A DNA stretch of 63,225 nucleotides, filler included, from Folioceros fuciformis (Eukaryota), in assembly GCA_049999805.1 (NCBI GenBank). It is 48 parts of 48 records of this genome, joined end to end, with 100 filler letters (N's around TTAATTAATTAA, not from the genome) between each part and the next. Parts side by side here need not be neighbours in the genome. Positions count along the whole stretch, not along the records: positions 1 to 1,131 come from JBNGIO010007175.1; positions 1,232 to 3,165 come from JBNGIO010007176.1; positions 3,266 to 5,159 come from JBNGIO010007177.1; positions 5,260 to 6,361 come from JBNGIO010007178.1; positions 6,462 to 7,526 come from JBNGIO010007179.1; positions 7,627 to 8,806 come from JBNGIO010007180.1; positions 8,907 to 10,261 come from JBNGIO010007181.1; positions 10,362 to 11,454 come from JBNGIO010007182.1; 40 more parts are not named here. The stretch is one strand, 5' to 3'. A program made the translations under genes and the position numbers. Within the stretch, counting starts at the first letter, position 1; every line of letters begins with the position of its first letter. Shown here piece after piece: positions 1 through 11,960 of the stretch. The notes under the pieces were generated by a model. It did not search any database. It saw nothing but the letters and a program-made list of their open reading frames with translations, and had not been told where the DNA came from.

Positions 1-1131
1 ATATATATTAGTAAGAGTTATTAAAAGTACTAAAACTATTAGCTATAAACTATTTACCTAGAATTTATTATAGTTACCTAGACGAAAAATAGTAAAGAAT
101 AGAAGAAAAAGAAATATTAAGAATTACTTCTAATAAAAAATAGATTAGGTAAATTCTAGTTCTATTAGTAAGACTATTAATAAATTATAATCTTCTAAAT
201 TCTACTTATATAATAGTATAGTAAATAAAAGAGCTAGAAAGAAGTATATAAAATCTAAATAATATTAAACTATATACTACTCTAATAGATAACTAGAGCC
301 TATTTATTTAAGTTAATAAAGTAATTTAGAGATAAAAAGCTATAGAGCTAGTTATTATATAAAGCTTATATTTAAACTCTAGTACTAATATAAACTATTT
401 TACTATACTACTAAATATTAAGCCTTTAAAAAGTTATAATAAAGATTTAGTAGTATATTTAAATAACTTAGAAAATATACTTAGAAAATACCTACTAGAA
501 TATATAGAGATAAGTTATATATAATACTTAGAAAACTCTTAAGAAAGTATAGAACTTATAAGACTTACTTCTACTATAAGCTTATATATTATAGTAGATA
601 AAGATTTTAAGTTAGAAATTTTCTTAAGTAAGTTAATTAAAAAAGATATCTTATTAAAGCTAGAAAAGATAGCTTTACTTAAATATCTTAAAATTCTACT
701 TAAAGATTACTTTTTTAAAAGTATAATAACTAGTATTTATAAAATAGAAGAGAAAAAGAAAAGAGTACTTATATTTATAAATACTATAAGAATATTCTTA
801 TATATTAATAATAATAGTAATAATAACTATAGATTAGAAGTAATACTAGAATATAATACTAGTATTAAGATATAGTATTTCGTATTCTAACCTTTTACTA
901 ATTTAAATTCTATTTTATATATAACTATACTATATCTTACTTTAAGAACTATATTATTTCTATTCTTTTTTATATTCTAGTTATATAGTATAGAATTACT
1001 TATAGCTATATATTTAATATCTCTAGTTCTTTTCTTTTATAATATCTTTCTTAAGTAGTTAATACTTTTAAAACTATAGAAGTTAATATATTTAAACTCT
1101 TTATTAAGAGTATATACTATCTATATTATAT
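1..1131. repeat. Heavily RIP-mutated, AT-rich repeat relic, probably from an ascomycete fungus
   Basis: Line-by-line reading found no CpA or TpG in 1131 nt; TpA, TAG and TAA are saturating; no ORFs. Confidence 0.8.
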
Positions 1132-1231
1132 NNNNNNNNNNNNNNNNNNNNNNNNNNNNNNNNNNNNNNNNNNNNTTAATTAATTAANNNNNNNNNNNNN
1201 NNNNNNNNNNNNNNNNNNNNNNNNNNNNNNN
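1132..1231. other. Artificial contig-joining spacer (N44-TTAATTAATTAA-N44); first of about 47 identical spacers
   Basis: The same 100-nt block with a palindromic all-frame-stop 12-mer recurs every 1-2 kb and separates unrelated sequences. Confidence 0.97.
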
Positions 1232-1262
1232 ACATAACATAACATAACATAACATAACATAC
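1232..1262. repeat. (ACATA)n microsatellite in the IFT20 intron
   Basis: About six ACATA units visible at the contig edge. Confidence 0.9.
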
Positions 1263-1266
1263 TTAC

Positions 1267-1425
1267 ATTGTGAAAGCTAGAGATCTTTGATCGAAATGCA
1301 GTACAACATTTTCCAACTTGTTCACATCGTTTGTACACATCTGGGTGTAATAGTCTTAATTGCCCATCATCATCTACTACCACAGTGCTAATTGGTGCAT
1401 GTGCTTGTGCAGTGATTGTCATCAT
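1267..1425 (-). CDS. IFT20: Intraflagellar transport protein 20, first coding exon (partial gene)
   Basis: VVVDDDGQLRLLHPDVYKRCEQVGKCCTAFRSKISSFHN resembles the IFT20 N-terminus (FDExNKLRVLDPEV...EECKxFVDKIxxFQ); followed by a GTAAGT donor at 1266. Confidence 0.7.
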
Positions 1426-1610
1426 TGAGACTAAAACTTCTAATATTTTTTAAAAAAATATTAAAAATAAATTCTCAGTGTAATAATTTGTATTATCAAA
1501 GGTGAAATTTGATGAATTGTTTTACAATTTTTTAAAATAATTTTTTTAACTATCTCAAAGGCCATTGCTAATAACATGTAACAATGTTTGGCTTCCCCAT
1601 AGAGCAATGA

Positions 1611-2120
1611 ATGACAATCCAAGACGGGGGTGAGGATAATGATCTTTACCAATCTATTGTTAATCTTCCATTTGATTTGCAAGAATATACGATTTTACAA
1701 TATATGGAGGATGCGTGGCAGAATTGGAGGTATGTGCCTGAAAATCACACTTTGCACATTCACATATGGGGATTTTTAAATGGAGATCCGGCTACAGAAA
1801 TAAAGACTTATCAATTTCTTTTATCACTACCTTATCTTGTGGAACATATTGTTCTTTATTGCCTTTTTGAATTCAACTTTAGACCTTACCGTAATGAGAT
1901 GCTAATCTGTAGTAACAGTTTGCTTGATGAAGATAGAGTTAATGATGTAGTTGAATCTCTGAATGAACTTTCCTTGTGGTCACATCACTCCAAAGTGCAA
2001 GACATTATCACCCTTGAGAAGCAAGTGATATATGAAGAGTTTGTTTTAGGGTTTAATGGTGTAAGACAAGTTCAGCAAAGTTGTAATGAGTCTTATGACT
2101 TGATTGTGTTACAGGATTGA
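1611..2120 (+). CDS. Hypothetical 169-aa intronless protein with a possible F-box-like N-terminal motif
   Basis: Complete ATG-TGA ORF in AT-rich DNA; IVNLPFDLQEYTILQYM resembles F-box LPxxxxxxIL. Confidence 0.45.
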   Translation: MTIQDGGEDNDLYQSIVNLPFDLQEYTILQYMEDAWQNWRYVPENHTLHIHIWGFLNGDPATEIKTYQFLLSLPYLVEHIVLYCLFEFNFRPYRNEMLICSNSLLDEDRVNDVVESLNELSLWSHHSKVQDIITLEKQVIYEEFVLGFNGVRQVQQSCNESYDLIVLQD

Positions 2121-3265
2121 TGAAGCCTTAGCCTACATGTTAGAGCTCCCTTGTGTATGGTTTTGGTCATAATCATGTTTTAGTGGGTGGTAGTAGATCT
2201 CTTGGACCTTTTGTTAGTCTTGGAGGATTGAGAAGAAAGGCTCTTGTGAGAGTGAGAGATGACAAGATTGATGGAGTTGGAACAAAGATTGGATGAATGT
2301 GATGGAAGAATCTTGTGAATGTAACCCATGAAGTGCTAATATAAGTATGCAATTGTAGTTGATCTAAGCATATAATTATAGGTTTAAGCTAACCTATATC
2401 ACCTAAAGTTGGTGGTGATGTTCAAATATCTAAGTAGGTTCATAAGTAATTGATCTGCAACTGTAATAACTAATAGCTTTTTGACGAAAGCCAGCGGCAG
2501 GAGTGGTGATGGATTTTAGTTAGCCTGGATAATACGGGAATATGTACAAGGCGTTTTCTGGTGTCCCTGTTGAGCGAGCAGGTTTCACAGAGAGCGCGGG
2601 TGAGCAGGTTGCATGCGAGAATTGTGGAGATGGCCTGTGTGAGGCGCAATGTTTCTGCATTCCGATGACTTCAGGGTGGGGTTTTGCGGTTTGTGATCTG
2701 CGGAAGGCGGGGAAATCATGTTCACAGCGCTCAGTCGCTTCTTTGTTGGACTGCCGATTGGTCTGGTCCGCTAGGAATTGGCTCACATCGAGGACATAAT
2801 CGCTCGCAGCACTTCCATACATCACGGTTGCAGTGTTGCAAAACATGGCGGAAGGGAGGGGTTCGTGCTCACCTCGCTTGCTGCTGGCGGAGAAGCCTGG
2901 CTGGAAGAAGGCGCTCTGGAGGAAAGAAGGGAAGGAGATGAAAATGTGGACGACTGAATGTGCGGTGGTTCCGGTGGCAACAAATGTGAAGCCCTCATCC
3001 TGTGTTGCGCCTCGGTCGGACCGTCCGCCCGATCTCCCAAACTACATATGTACTAGGCCATGTGGTTGCTGCATCACTGTGGGAAGCACGCCAGGGCGCC
3101 AAAGCCTGGAACCGGTGTGGCCCTTTCAAACACCGCGACCCCTTTGATGCTAACCGCGGTTAGTCNNNNNNNNNNNNNNNNNNNNNNNNNNNNNNNNNNN
3201 NNNNNNNNNTTAATTAATTAANNNNNNNNNNNNNNNNNNNNNNNNNNNNNNNNNNNNNNNNNNNN

Positions 3266-3312
3266 CTTTTTCAACCAAAACAAACTACTACCCCAAACTT
3301 TGGAGGTTCACA
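3266..3312 (-). mobile_element. Terminus of a high-copy LTR (TGTGAACCTCCAAAGTTTGGGGTAG on the minus strand)
   Basis: The same sequence ends at the same ...GGTTCACA at 34565-34617 and 50992-51194 with different flanks; reverse copy from 54489. Confidence 0.75.
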
Positions 3313-5159
3313 TAGGTCCTCCAACCACCGGCCCTACCTGATCTATTGGTCGGCCACCCACTTGGCTGCTGCCCACAGCCGGCCTTTGCAGGCCAACCGC
3401 TATCTGGCCGATCAGCCAGGCCGCCTGCCTGGCACCCATCCAGATCCATCCTAGCCAGTCGCTAGGCGGCTGCCTGACTGCTTGCTAGCGGGCCAGGTCT
3501 GTCTGCCGCCGTTCCACCAGCCAGCACGGCTAGCCCGACCAGCCGGCCTCCCAAATCAGCCAGTCGACCTACAGGCCGGCTACTCCTGTGTGCTCCAGGT
3601 TGCCTGGCTCTCGTCGTGAGCAGCCACAGCCATCCTTAACCATGCCACCAGGATTCGGCCCCGATCTGCTCCCGTCAACCCAGCTAGACGGTCAGCCAGG
3701 CTTTCCAGATCCGCCAACAACCCGCCTGCTCATCGACCAGCTAGCCGTCGGCCCGATCTCTGCTAGTCCTCGGGTTGTCTGCCTGGCTGCCTCCTCGCTC
3801 AGCCCGAGGCCTGCCTGGCTTGGGTCCAGCGCCGCCCCTGGCTTGGCCTGCAGCCTGATCCGCTGGCTGGCCGCTGATGGCCGGCTCAGCCTCTGCTGCC
3901 TGGCCCAAGTCCACCCCGGCCAGCTCCTGCAAGCCGGGCGGCTTGCCTGCTAGCAGCCTGACTTGGCCAGCCGCCATGGGCTCTTCCATCCCCAGAGGCC
4001 GCAAACCGGTCTCTTGCCTGCCGGAATCCGCCAGCCTGCTCCCGAATCATGCAACTACTGAGCCACCTCCCGGCCTCTCGATTCAGTCTCAGCTGCCTAG
4101 CAGTCGGGCGCTTGCCCAAGGGTCGCCTGCCCACCACGATCTAGGCCAGTCTGCCTGGCTGCTTGGGTTCCTGCAGCCAGTGACTGCCCGGCTTCCCCAG
4201 CCGCCTTGCTGCCTGATCGATCATACCTGCCTCTTGGATCCGGCAGCCTTGCCTGGCTACTTGGCCGGGCAGGGCTGCCTGATCCTCAACCAGCTGCTGC
4301 CAGCAACTTGCCAGGATCCCTCCCCGGCCTGGACTTCCCCCAGCCGGCCGCCTACCAAAGGCCTCAAGCTAGCCTGCTCTGCTTCCGGATCCGGTCAGGC
4401 AGCCAACCTGCTCAGCCTGGCAGCTTGCTGGATCCGTCCACCGAGAGCCAACCCCTCTACACATCCCCTGATCCAACCAGGGGGCCACCTAAGCCCGCTG
4501 GCTAGCTAGATCCGGCTGGGAAGTCAGCCGGACCTAGCAAGCCCCCCCTTGCCAACCTGCCTATGTGCCTAGGCTTGCCTATTGGCTAGCCCGACCTGGA
4601 TCTGGCTAGGCAACCAGCCCACAAGGCGGCCTGCTTCTCCCGTACCTGGTTAGGTAGCCGTCTTGCACTAGCCCGCTTGCCCGATTCCCCTGGCCACCGC
4701 CCGCTGGCCCAGGCCGACTGGCCAGAGGCCGCTAGCTGGCCTCCGGCCTCTAGATCTAGCCGGGCAGCCAGCCTGCTCGGCCTGGCTGCTTGCTGGATCC
4801 ACCTGCCTAGAGACCAGGCTAGCCTGCCTGGCTGCTTGCTGGATCCACCTGCCTAGGGACCAGGCTAGCCTACCTGGCTGCTTGCTGGATCCACCTGCCT
4901 AGGGACCAGGCTAGCCTGCCTGGCTGCTTGGGCTCCTGCAGCCAGGCCGGTGCTTGGCTTCCGGATCCAGTAGGTAGCCGGCCTGCCGATCGACACCCCC
5001 TCCGGCCAGGACTCCCCTGGCCAATCGGCCACCCTAGGCGACTGCCCGGCTGCCTGAATCCGCCTGCAGGCTGCCCTTGCCGCTGGGGCGCCGGCCAGCT
5101 CCTCAGCAGCCGCTGCCAAGCTACCTGGTGACTGCCTGGATGCTTGGCCGAAATCGCCT
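3313..5159. repeat. GC-rich degenerate retroelement-associated repeat, including three 46-bp tandem units at about 4780-4930
   Basis: CCAGCC/GGCCG/CTAGC-rich; GGATCC recurs at 4795, 4841 and 4887; similar sequence at 58540-59240 runs directly into LTR sequence. Confidence 0.65.
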
Positions 5160-6959
5160 NNNNNNNNNNNNNNNNNNNNNNNNNNNNNNNNNNNNNNNNN
5201 NNNTTAATTAATTAANNNNNNNNNNNNNNNNNNNNNNNNNNNNNNNNNNNNNNNNNNNNCACCTCTATGTACCTCTTCTTGGAAGATTCATCACGACTCT
5301 CTTCGACACTCTTCCCTCTCAACTCTCATCCAGACCCTTGTCTTCCTTGTATATATCCAAATACACGGCTCTTGTTCAGACTCTTTCATTTATTTTATGC
5401 ATCACGACTCGATTTCAAATGCATCACGACTCTATTTCAATCTCTTTCATTCATTTAATCCATCACGACTCTCTTCTCTTCTGACGACATACAACTGGCT
5501 CGGACTCTTTCCGTTCACTTGATCTGACTCTCTTTTCGTGCAGCACTAGTACAAACCTTTGCGTGAAGTAACACATAGTTGGAATAAAGATTATTTATAA
5601 AAAATTAGTTTCTGAAATAAATCAGTCTAGTTGCGAACGTGATTGGCTGAAACAGTTTTTTTTTTAAATAACTATCTGTACTGGGAGCTCCCTGCCTGCG
5701 TATAGGATACATGCGTAATAAGAACGGGAGCGTCAAGCAAAGCATAGGTCCTTAGTGACACTAGGCGATAAAGCGTGAAGTCCTGACGTCGATTTGAAGC
5801 GGGAGCTGAGGGGGAAGTCGACCGCAGCGCGTAGCAGTGTGCGAGCTGGGCAGTAGCCTTCCGGGTGGCGGGCGACACTGGACGTGAGAATGTGCGATCG
5901 CCCGACGCGGTTTGCCCTTGCCATCGCCGCCTGCCTGCTCCATTCTGTGCTGTGCAGAAGCGGATCCCAGGATTAGGGAAGGCACGCGTGTGCTGCTGTA
6001 TAATGTTCCGCTCTTCTTGAGCGGCATGTCGATGAAGGGCTCGGGCTCTGCGCGCTTCCGAGACAGAGCGCCTTCTGGTCTGGCTGTCCTGAAATTGGGA
6101 AGCAGGTGGAATTGGTGCGCGCGCCGCAGGAGTGTTTGTGCCAAAAAGCCGCAGCGTTGAGCTCAGGGTTGCTGCCTTCTCCGCTGCGCAGCAAGAAGGT
6201 GCGGGGTCGACGCTAGGGCCACGGCCGGATTGGAATGCGTGTGGACAGGAACGGGAATTTGAGCACAGGTGGGGGCTTTCTTGTTGCTGAAATTCTGGAT
6301 TGCGGTGGTGCGGGAGTTCTTGCGAATTCGGGCATGGTGCCGTCGCCGGGGGTGTCCGGAGNNNNNNNNNNNNNNNNNNNNNNNNNNNNNNNNNNNNNNN
6401 NNNNNTTAATTAATTAANNNNNNNNNNNNNNNNNNNNNNNNNNNNNNNNNNNNNNNNNNNNATCAACATAGGAAGAACTAGAGAAACTTTATGTCTATAC
6501 ATCGAATCAAATTGAAGCAGGGTATCGTAAAGGGCAAAGAGCTATGAGGCTAGTTGCCACTTATAGTAATCCAAAAATTTCTAAGGCATTGAGAATATTG
6601 TGGTTTGAAATGAGAAACCTCACTGTGAGAGGTACCAATAATGTCATATCTCTAGGCCTTTATGAAATTGCTAGGGGTTGTAAGTGCAGTTTAAAGGCCT
6701 CCATGATGCATAAATGCAATTTATGCATGCAACAAGAGGTGGGTCTCTTGTTGTCATCTATTGCTACTTTCTTTCAAGAGAAGCTATCTATATAAAACGT
6801 GGCGAATGTTTGAAAACATTAGCTTTCTGAGTGAGTTTTGAGAAACAAGACATCATCCTCCTCTATCACCTATGTTCGACAAGAACACAATATGTAAGCC
6901 AAATTCTTTATGAACCTTTTGCTTTCTTCCTCCTTTTGGCCTCGCCTTTAACATTCATA

Positions 6960-7526
6960 CGGTTTCAGCCTCGTTAGTTTAGAAGTGCTTATATTCATGT
7001 GATTTCAACCTAGTTAGTTCAAAAGTGCTTATATGCATATAGTTTCACCCTCTATAGTTTAGAAGTGCTTATGTATTCATATAGTTTTAGCCTCTCGAGT
7101 TCAAAAGTGCTTGCATTCGTACAACTTTTAGTCAAGCATGTTGGAAGTGCTTATATTTAGACAATTTTGACCTCTCTAGTTCAAAAGTGCTTACATTCAT
7201 ACAGCTTCTAGTCAAGCATGTTAAAAGTGTAGTTTAAAAGTGCTTATATTCATTAAGCTTTTAGTCGAGCTTATCAAAAGTGCTTGTGTTTAAACAATTT
7301 GTAGTCGAGCATGTTTGAAGTACGTATATCATATATTTTCAAGTGCATCGGTTGAATGTAAGCTAGGTCGAATGTGCTTACATTCAAGCAGTTACTTAGG
7401 TTGAATGCGCTTATAGTCAAGCATTTTTAGGCTCTCAGAAGTGCTTACATTTAAGTAGTTTCAGGCTCTCAGAAAGTGCTTACATTCAAGTAGTTTCAGG
7501 CTCTCAGAACTGCTTACATTCAAGTA
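6960..7526. repeat. Degenerate tandem minisatellite (about 34-40 bp units, AAGTGCTTA core)
   Basis: The core recurs at regular spacing and the last three units are near-identical. Confidence 0.8.
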
Positions 7527-8042
7527 NNNNNNNNNNNNNNNNNNNNNNNNNNNNNNNNNNNNNNNNNNNNTTAATTAATTAANNNNNNNNNNNNNNNNNN
7601 NNNNNNNNNNNNNNNNNNNNNNNNNNCATAGCCCTATTCTGTTCAGCATAAAGGTATGGTTAGCTCTCGCGAAGTTCCGAGGCAATCCCGCCTAGCGCAA
7701 CCGAAGGCCCTGAAAGTTCTTTGCGTTGGCATATTGAAAATACACGAACTCAATATATACAATATTTCTTGGTACTTTACCGGGATAAAGAGAAGCCACT
7801 GTCACGTTTTTATTCAGCACATTCACCGCCACCGGGACTATATCGTAAGATATGCTACGATTTCTTAAACCTGTCATTTGAAGCAGCGTGCGCTGATCTT
7901 GATTCACACCTCGGGGAACCTACAGATCGACAGCAGGAAAAGAGACTCTCTCTGATCTTAAGGTTAACGATCACGCTCTCACGGCAGCAAAAGCAAATAT
8001 CCGCACTTTCCATGAACGAAATCACACAGCAGAGCTTTAGAG

Positions 8043-8453
8043 ATGACAATTAGGTTATCCGGAAAAGAAAGTATAGACAAGTACTTGGTGAGTCTTACGT
8101 GCGATTCTGATGAATTTAAAATGGGTCCCGCGGGAGGTCGACCTGAAATCGGCATAAGTTATTACTATGCGGACAAAAATTATAATTTCTTCTTGCTCGT
8201 AGATGTACAGAGTACAAAATTTAACAAAAGTGGATATGTCATGAGTATAGTAGACATCTCAGACAAACCACCATTCAGTGAGAATAATTACGCATGCGTG
8301 CTACCTACGGCTGCTGCCGATATAGAAGATATTAAAAGGAACGTTTATGCATATTTCTCTAAATATCCATGCCTAACTATATTTGTGATATTTAAAGATA
8401 TGGACCAAATGCCCCTATCTTGCATTGAATTTAACTGGCACTTGGGGCGATAA
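8043..8453 (+). CDS. Bacterial-type hypothetical protein, candidate immunity protein
   Basis: 136-aa intronless ORF with low GC; its stop is 1 nt before the next ATG (TAA-G-ATG). Confidence 0.55.
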   Translation: MTIRLSGKESIDKYLVSLTCDSDEFKMGPAGGRPEIGISYYYADKNYNFFLLVDVQSTKFNKSGYVMSIVDISDKPPFSENNYACVLPTAAADIEDIKRNVYAYFSKYPCLTIFVIFKDMDQMPLSCIEFNWHLGR

Positions 8454-8454
8454 G

Positions 8455-8806
8455 ATGGCTTCCGTTTCGTCTCTGACTGTTAGTGAAGCTGTTTCGCAGG
8501 CGATGTCAGCTACTTCGCTGGCTGAAATCGACGCTATCGCGGCAAAGCTGAGTGCGGCCCCGAGTGGGCCAGGAGCCGTATTGTACAGCGGTCGAGTACC
8601 CGGCGTAAATGTCAGTGCCCTGGTCAGCGGAATATCACAACAGACTGGTTATTCCGTTATTGACAATACAGACAGGGCGAAATTTCTTTCTGAAATTCAG
8701 GCTACGGTCGAATCTAAGTTTGGGAAGCTTGGGCTAGATCATCTTTATGACGCAGTAAATGGACCATGGGCCGTCGCGTCAAGAGAGTTCGCTAGCTCTG
8801 TATCGG
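8455..8806 (+). CDS. N-terminus of a bacterial protein with a CD38/ADP-ribosyl-cyclase-like domain, possibly an RTX-type toxin (3' truncated)
   Basis: Ordered motifs VLYSG, VIDNTD and GPWAVASREFA parallel CD38-family LWS, TLEDT and FWxxxSxxFA; open to the contig end. Confidence 0.6.
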
Positions 8807-8906
8807 NNNNNNNNNNNNNNNNNNNNNNNNNNNNNNNNNNNNNNNNNNNNTTAATTAATTAANNNNNNNNNNNNNNNNNNNNNNNNNNNNNNNNNNNNNN
8901 NNNNNN

Positions 8907-10090
8907 TGGGCTTTGCTTTAGTCCGTAAATAGAACGAATAAGTTTACACACCTCGTTTGGGTATTGCTTATCTTCATAGTCTTTTGGTTGATCCGTGTAG
9001 ATCTCTTCTTTCAGATGACCATAAAGGAAAGCAGTACAAACGTCAAGCTAATAAATTTCCAGATTAAGCTCGGCACATAAAGCCAAGAGCATTCTCACGG
9101 AAGCAGCCTTGACTACAGGTGAATAAACCTTATCGCCCTGATAATCCACTCCCTCCTTTTGACTATAACCCTCAGCCACGAGTCTTGCCTTGTAGAGAAT
9201 ACGAGGTTTAACCTCCTGGAATTTAGTTTTGAGAACCCACTTGCATTGGACAGTAGTTCTGCCTTTAGGCAAGTTTACTAGAGTCCAAGTATTGTTTTTG
9301 ATAAGAGAATTATATTCATCATCAATAGCAAACTTCCACTTAGCTGCATCAGGTCGCGAATATGCCTCTTGCAGAGTGAGGGGATCTCCCTCTGAAGGGG
9401 CAACACTGAAGGCGTTGAAATGACCTGTAGCAGTGGTGGTGTAGCCAACTTGATTGAACTCTAAATCAAAGGGAATCTCATTCCAGAGGTGTCTCGAATG
9501 ACGATGACGCGAAGGATATCTTCACTCAGGAGCTGGATCAAGTATAACTGGAGGAGGTGGAGAAGAAACAGTCTCTGGGTCTTGAGGATTAAGAGCACCA
9601 AAGTCTTCTCTGTTTTCATAAGGATCAACAATGGCTTGTTCATCTTCCCCCTCTCGAGCAGGAACAATAGGAATAGGTGCTGCTTGCGGTGAAGAGGCCA
9701 GGGATGGAGCAGAAGTTGCAGGACCAGAGTCCGGGAAAACAGAGAGCTGAGTCAAAAACTCAGGCATAATGTCACCTCGGTCGGAAGAAGCAGGGTCGTC
9801 TGAAGGAGCCGAAGCAGAATCCATGGACTCAGAACGGGCAGATGCTAGCCGAGCAAAAGTGACAGTGCGAGCATATACAATAACATGGGTATCCAAGTCA
9901 ACTAGTTTATAAGCCTTGCAGTCCTCACCATAGCCAACAAATACCAGCTTGCGAGCACGAGCAGAAAGCTTGTCACGAAGCTGAGAAGGAATATTAGCAT
10001 AGGTGGGGCAGCCAAAAATCCGAAGATGAGTAATAAGAGGCTTATAACCATGCCAGGACTCAAAAGGAGTCCGGCCTTGAGTTGACTTGG
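8907..10090 (-). mobile_element. Ty1/copia pol fragment (post-integrase SH3 region to RT start), degenerate
   Basis: TPFESWHGYKP..HLRIFGC..KLSARARKLVFVGY; CKWVLKTK..YKARLVAEGYSQKEGVDY; in-frame stops. Confidence 0.93.
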
Positions 10091-11744
10091 AAAGTACCAT
10101 GTCCTGCTTCCCCTTCCCCTCCTGTCCATTCTGCTGTCCAACGATGGCAACGATTCCCCCTCCCCGCTGTCCCACTGCCCACGCTCCTGTCCTGATTTCT
10201 TTCCCCTTCCCCTCGCCGCGGCGCTGCAGATCTAGCGCCATCGCGGCGTTGCTGTCCGTCCNNNNNNNNNNNNNNNNNNNNNNNNNNNNNNNNNNNNNNN
10301 NNNNNTTAATTAATTAANNNNNNNNNNNNNNNNNNNNNNNNNNNNNNNNNNNNNNNNNNNNCTTTTACCCTTCCCAGGCTGGTGCCGCGTCTCCCTCTCG
10401 CACTCGCGGAACCGAGCTCTTCGCTTCCACAGCGAGCCCACTCCAACAAGTGCCGAATGAATGCTTTCCTTCCAATGCTCTTCGGGATATCTCACAAACG
10501 TTTTCAACACTCTCCAGGCCTTATCGCAAACCTACTTTGAGCATATACGATATGACTTATACCTTTGGGCGCTCAGCTCGATCCCGATCGCTCTTTACAT
10601 CTCATACTTCTAGCCTCTTATCTCTACCAATATACATAGTCTGCATCACACAACATCAATATCCTTCCTTGCTAACTTTTATCTTATTATATATAATACA
10701 ATACAATACAATAAAAACTTCACAACTTCCACACACTTCAAGTTCAAAAACTTCAAGTTCAAAAATGACTAAAAGCTTACATACCCAATTTCTTTGTTCT
10801 CACCTCTTAAGTGGCCTCTTTCTACTCCATTCAATATGGCACATTTTTCCATTTCGTGATTTGATCATAGTCTTCACTCCATTCTTACAAAGTGAGCTCA
10901 CATTCTAAACCACTTGCAGCATTCCTCAACATTACAACACTTTGGCACTAGTCCTCCTCACACCAAACAACAACGCTATCACCAAGAATCCTCACATCTG
11001 GGTATCCACTATACTAGGCTTTCTCTTTTGTGTAGAGAACCTTATTGTTGCAAGAGAGAATGCTTCCATCTAGACAACCATTGGAAGAAAAAATTCACAA
11101 TCTTATTCACATAGCACGATCTAATCGTGCCCACAAAAGTGGACTACATGATTCTGGAGAAGACTTAAGAGTAATGCAACTATAATAGGATTATTATTTT
11201 TAATAAATAATAAATATTTTTAATAAAATTCAATATGATATTATGAGTTCATATAAAAACATTTATCACTTTCACACCACTTTGATCCAATCAACTTGAT
11301 ACGAGGTTATTTTGGATTCTCTTAGGCAAGAGGACTCTATCTTAGAGTTTGGATTTGTTTAAAGAGAACAAATTCTAGAGTTCTTCGGAAGCTCAAGGCC
11401 ATTGCCAACTTAAACGCATTTCTGCGTCGATGCAATGTCGATTCAATTGAGAATNNNNNNNNNNNNNNNNNNNNNNNNNNNNNNNNNNNNNNNNNNNNTT
11501 AATTAATTAANNNNNNNNNNNNNNNNNNNNNNNNNNNNNNNNNNNNNNNNNNNNCTATATTGCTCATCTTGAAACATTTGAGGTACATATTTGCTAATCC
11601 TCGAAATTGAACCAATCTCATGGCATACTGAAAATCTAGAAAATATCACTTTCATTGTCTCCTCCTTGGCTGACTATGTCTTGACATGGTCCTTAGTGAC
11701 TCTATCACTCACTTGCTCAACATTTGCTATTGTGTATGTGGATA

Positions 11745-11960
11745 GCACCTTTCTAGTACGGGAACTCTTCTAAAAGCTTTCCTAGTACGGGAACTCGCTT
11801 TCTAGTACGGGAACTCTTATGAAAGCTATCCACTACTTGAACTCTTGTGAAAGCTTTCCCGTAGGAGAACTCTTGTGAAAGCTATCCACTAGTTGAACTC
11901 TTTTGAAAGGTATTCAATTTTGAAACTCTTGTGAAAACTATCCAATATTGAAACTCTTGT
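11745..11960. repeat. Degenerate tandem repeat of about 29 bp (GAACTCTTGTGAAAGCT core)
   Basis: About seven related units seen directly. Confidence 0.75.

Noticed and set aside
3588-5131. Many Pro/Ala/Leu-rich ORFs (also 38005-38631 and 58753-59193)
   Set aside because: Chance frames in GC-rich low-complexity repeat DNA on both strands
6960-7526. CRISPR-like periodic repeat
   Set aside because: The intervening segments are related to each other; a degenerate minisatellite with no cas genes
10362-11454. Possible transposase relic and 152-aa ORF
   Set aside because: Only a weak GYPL-like trace in low-complexity DNA; not supportable
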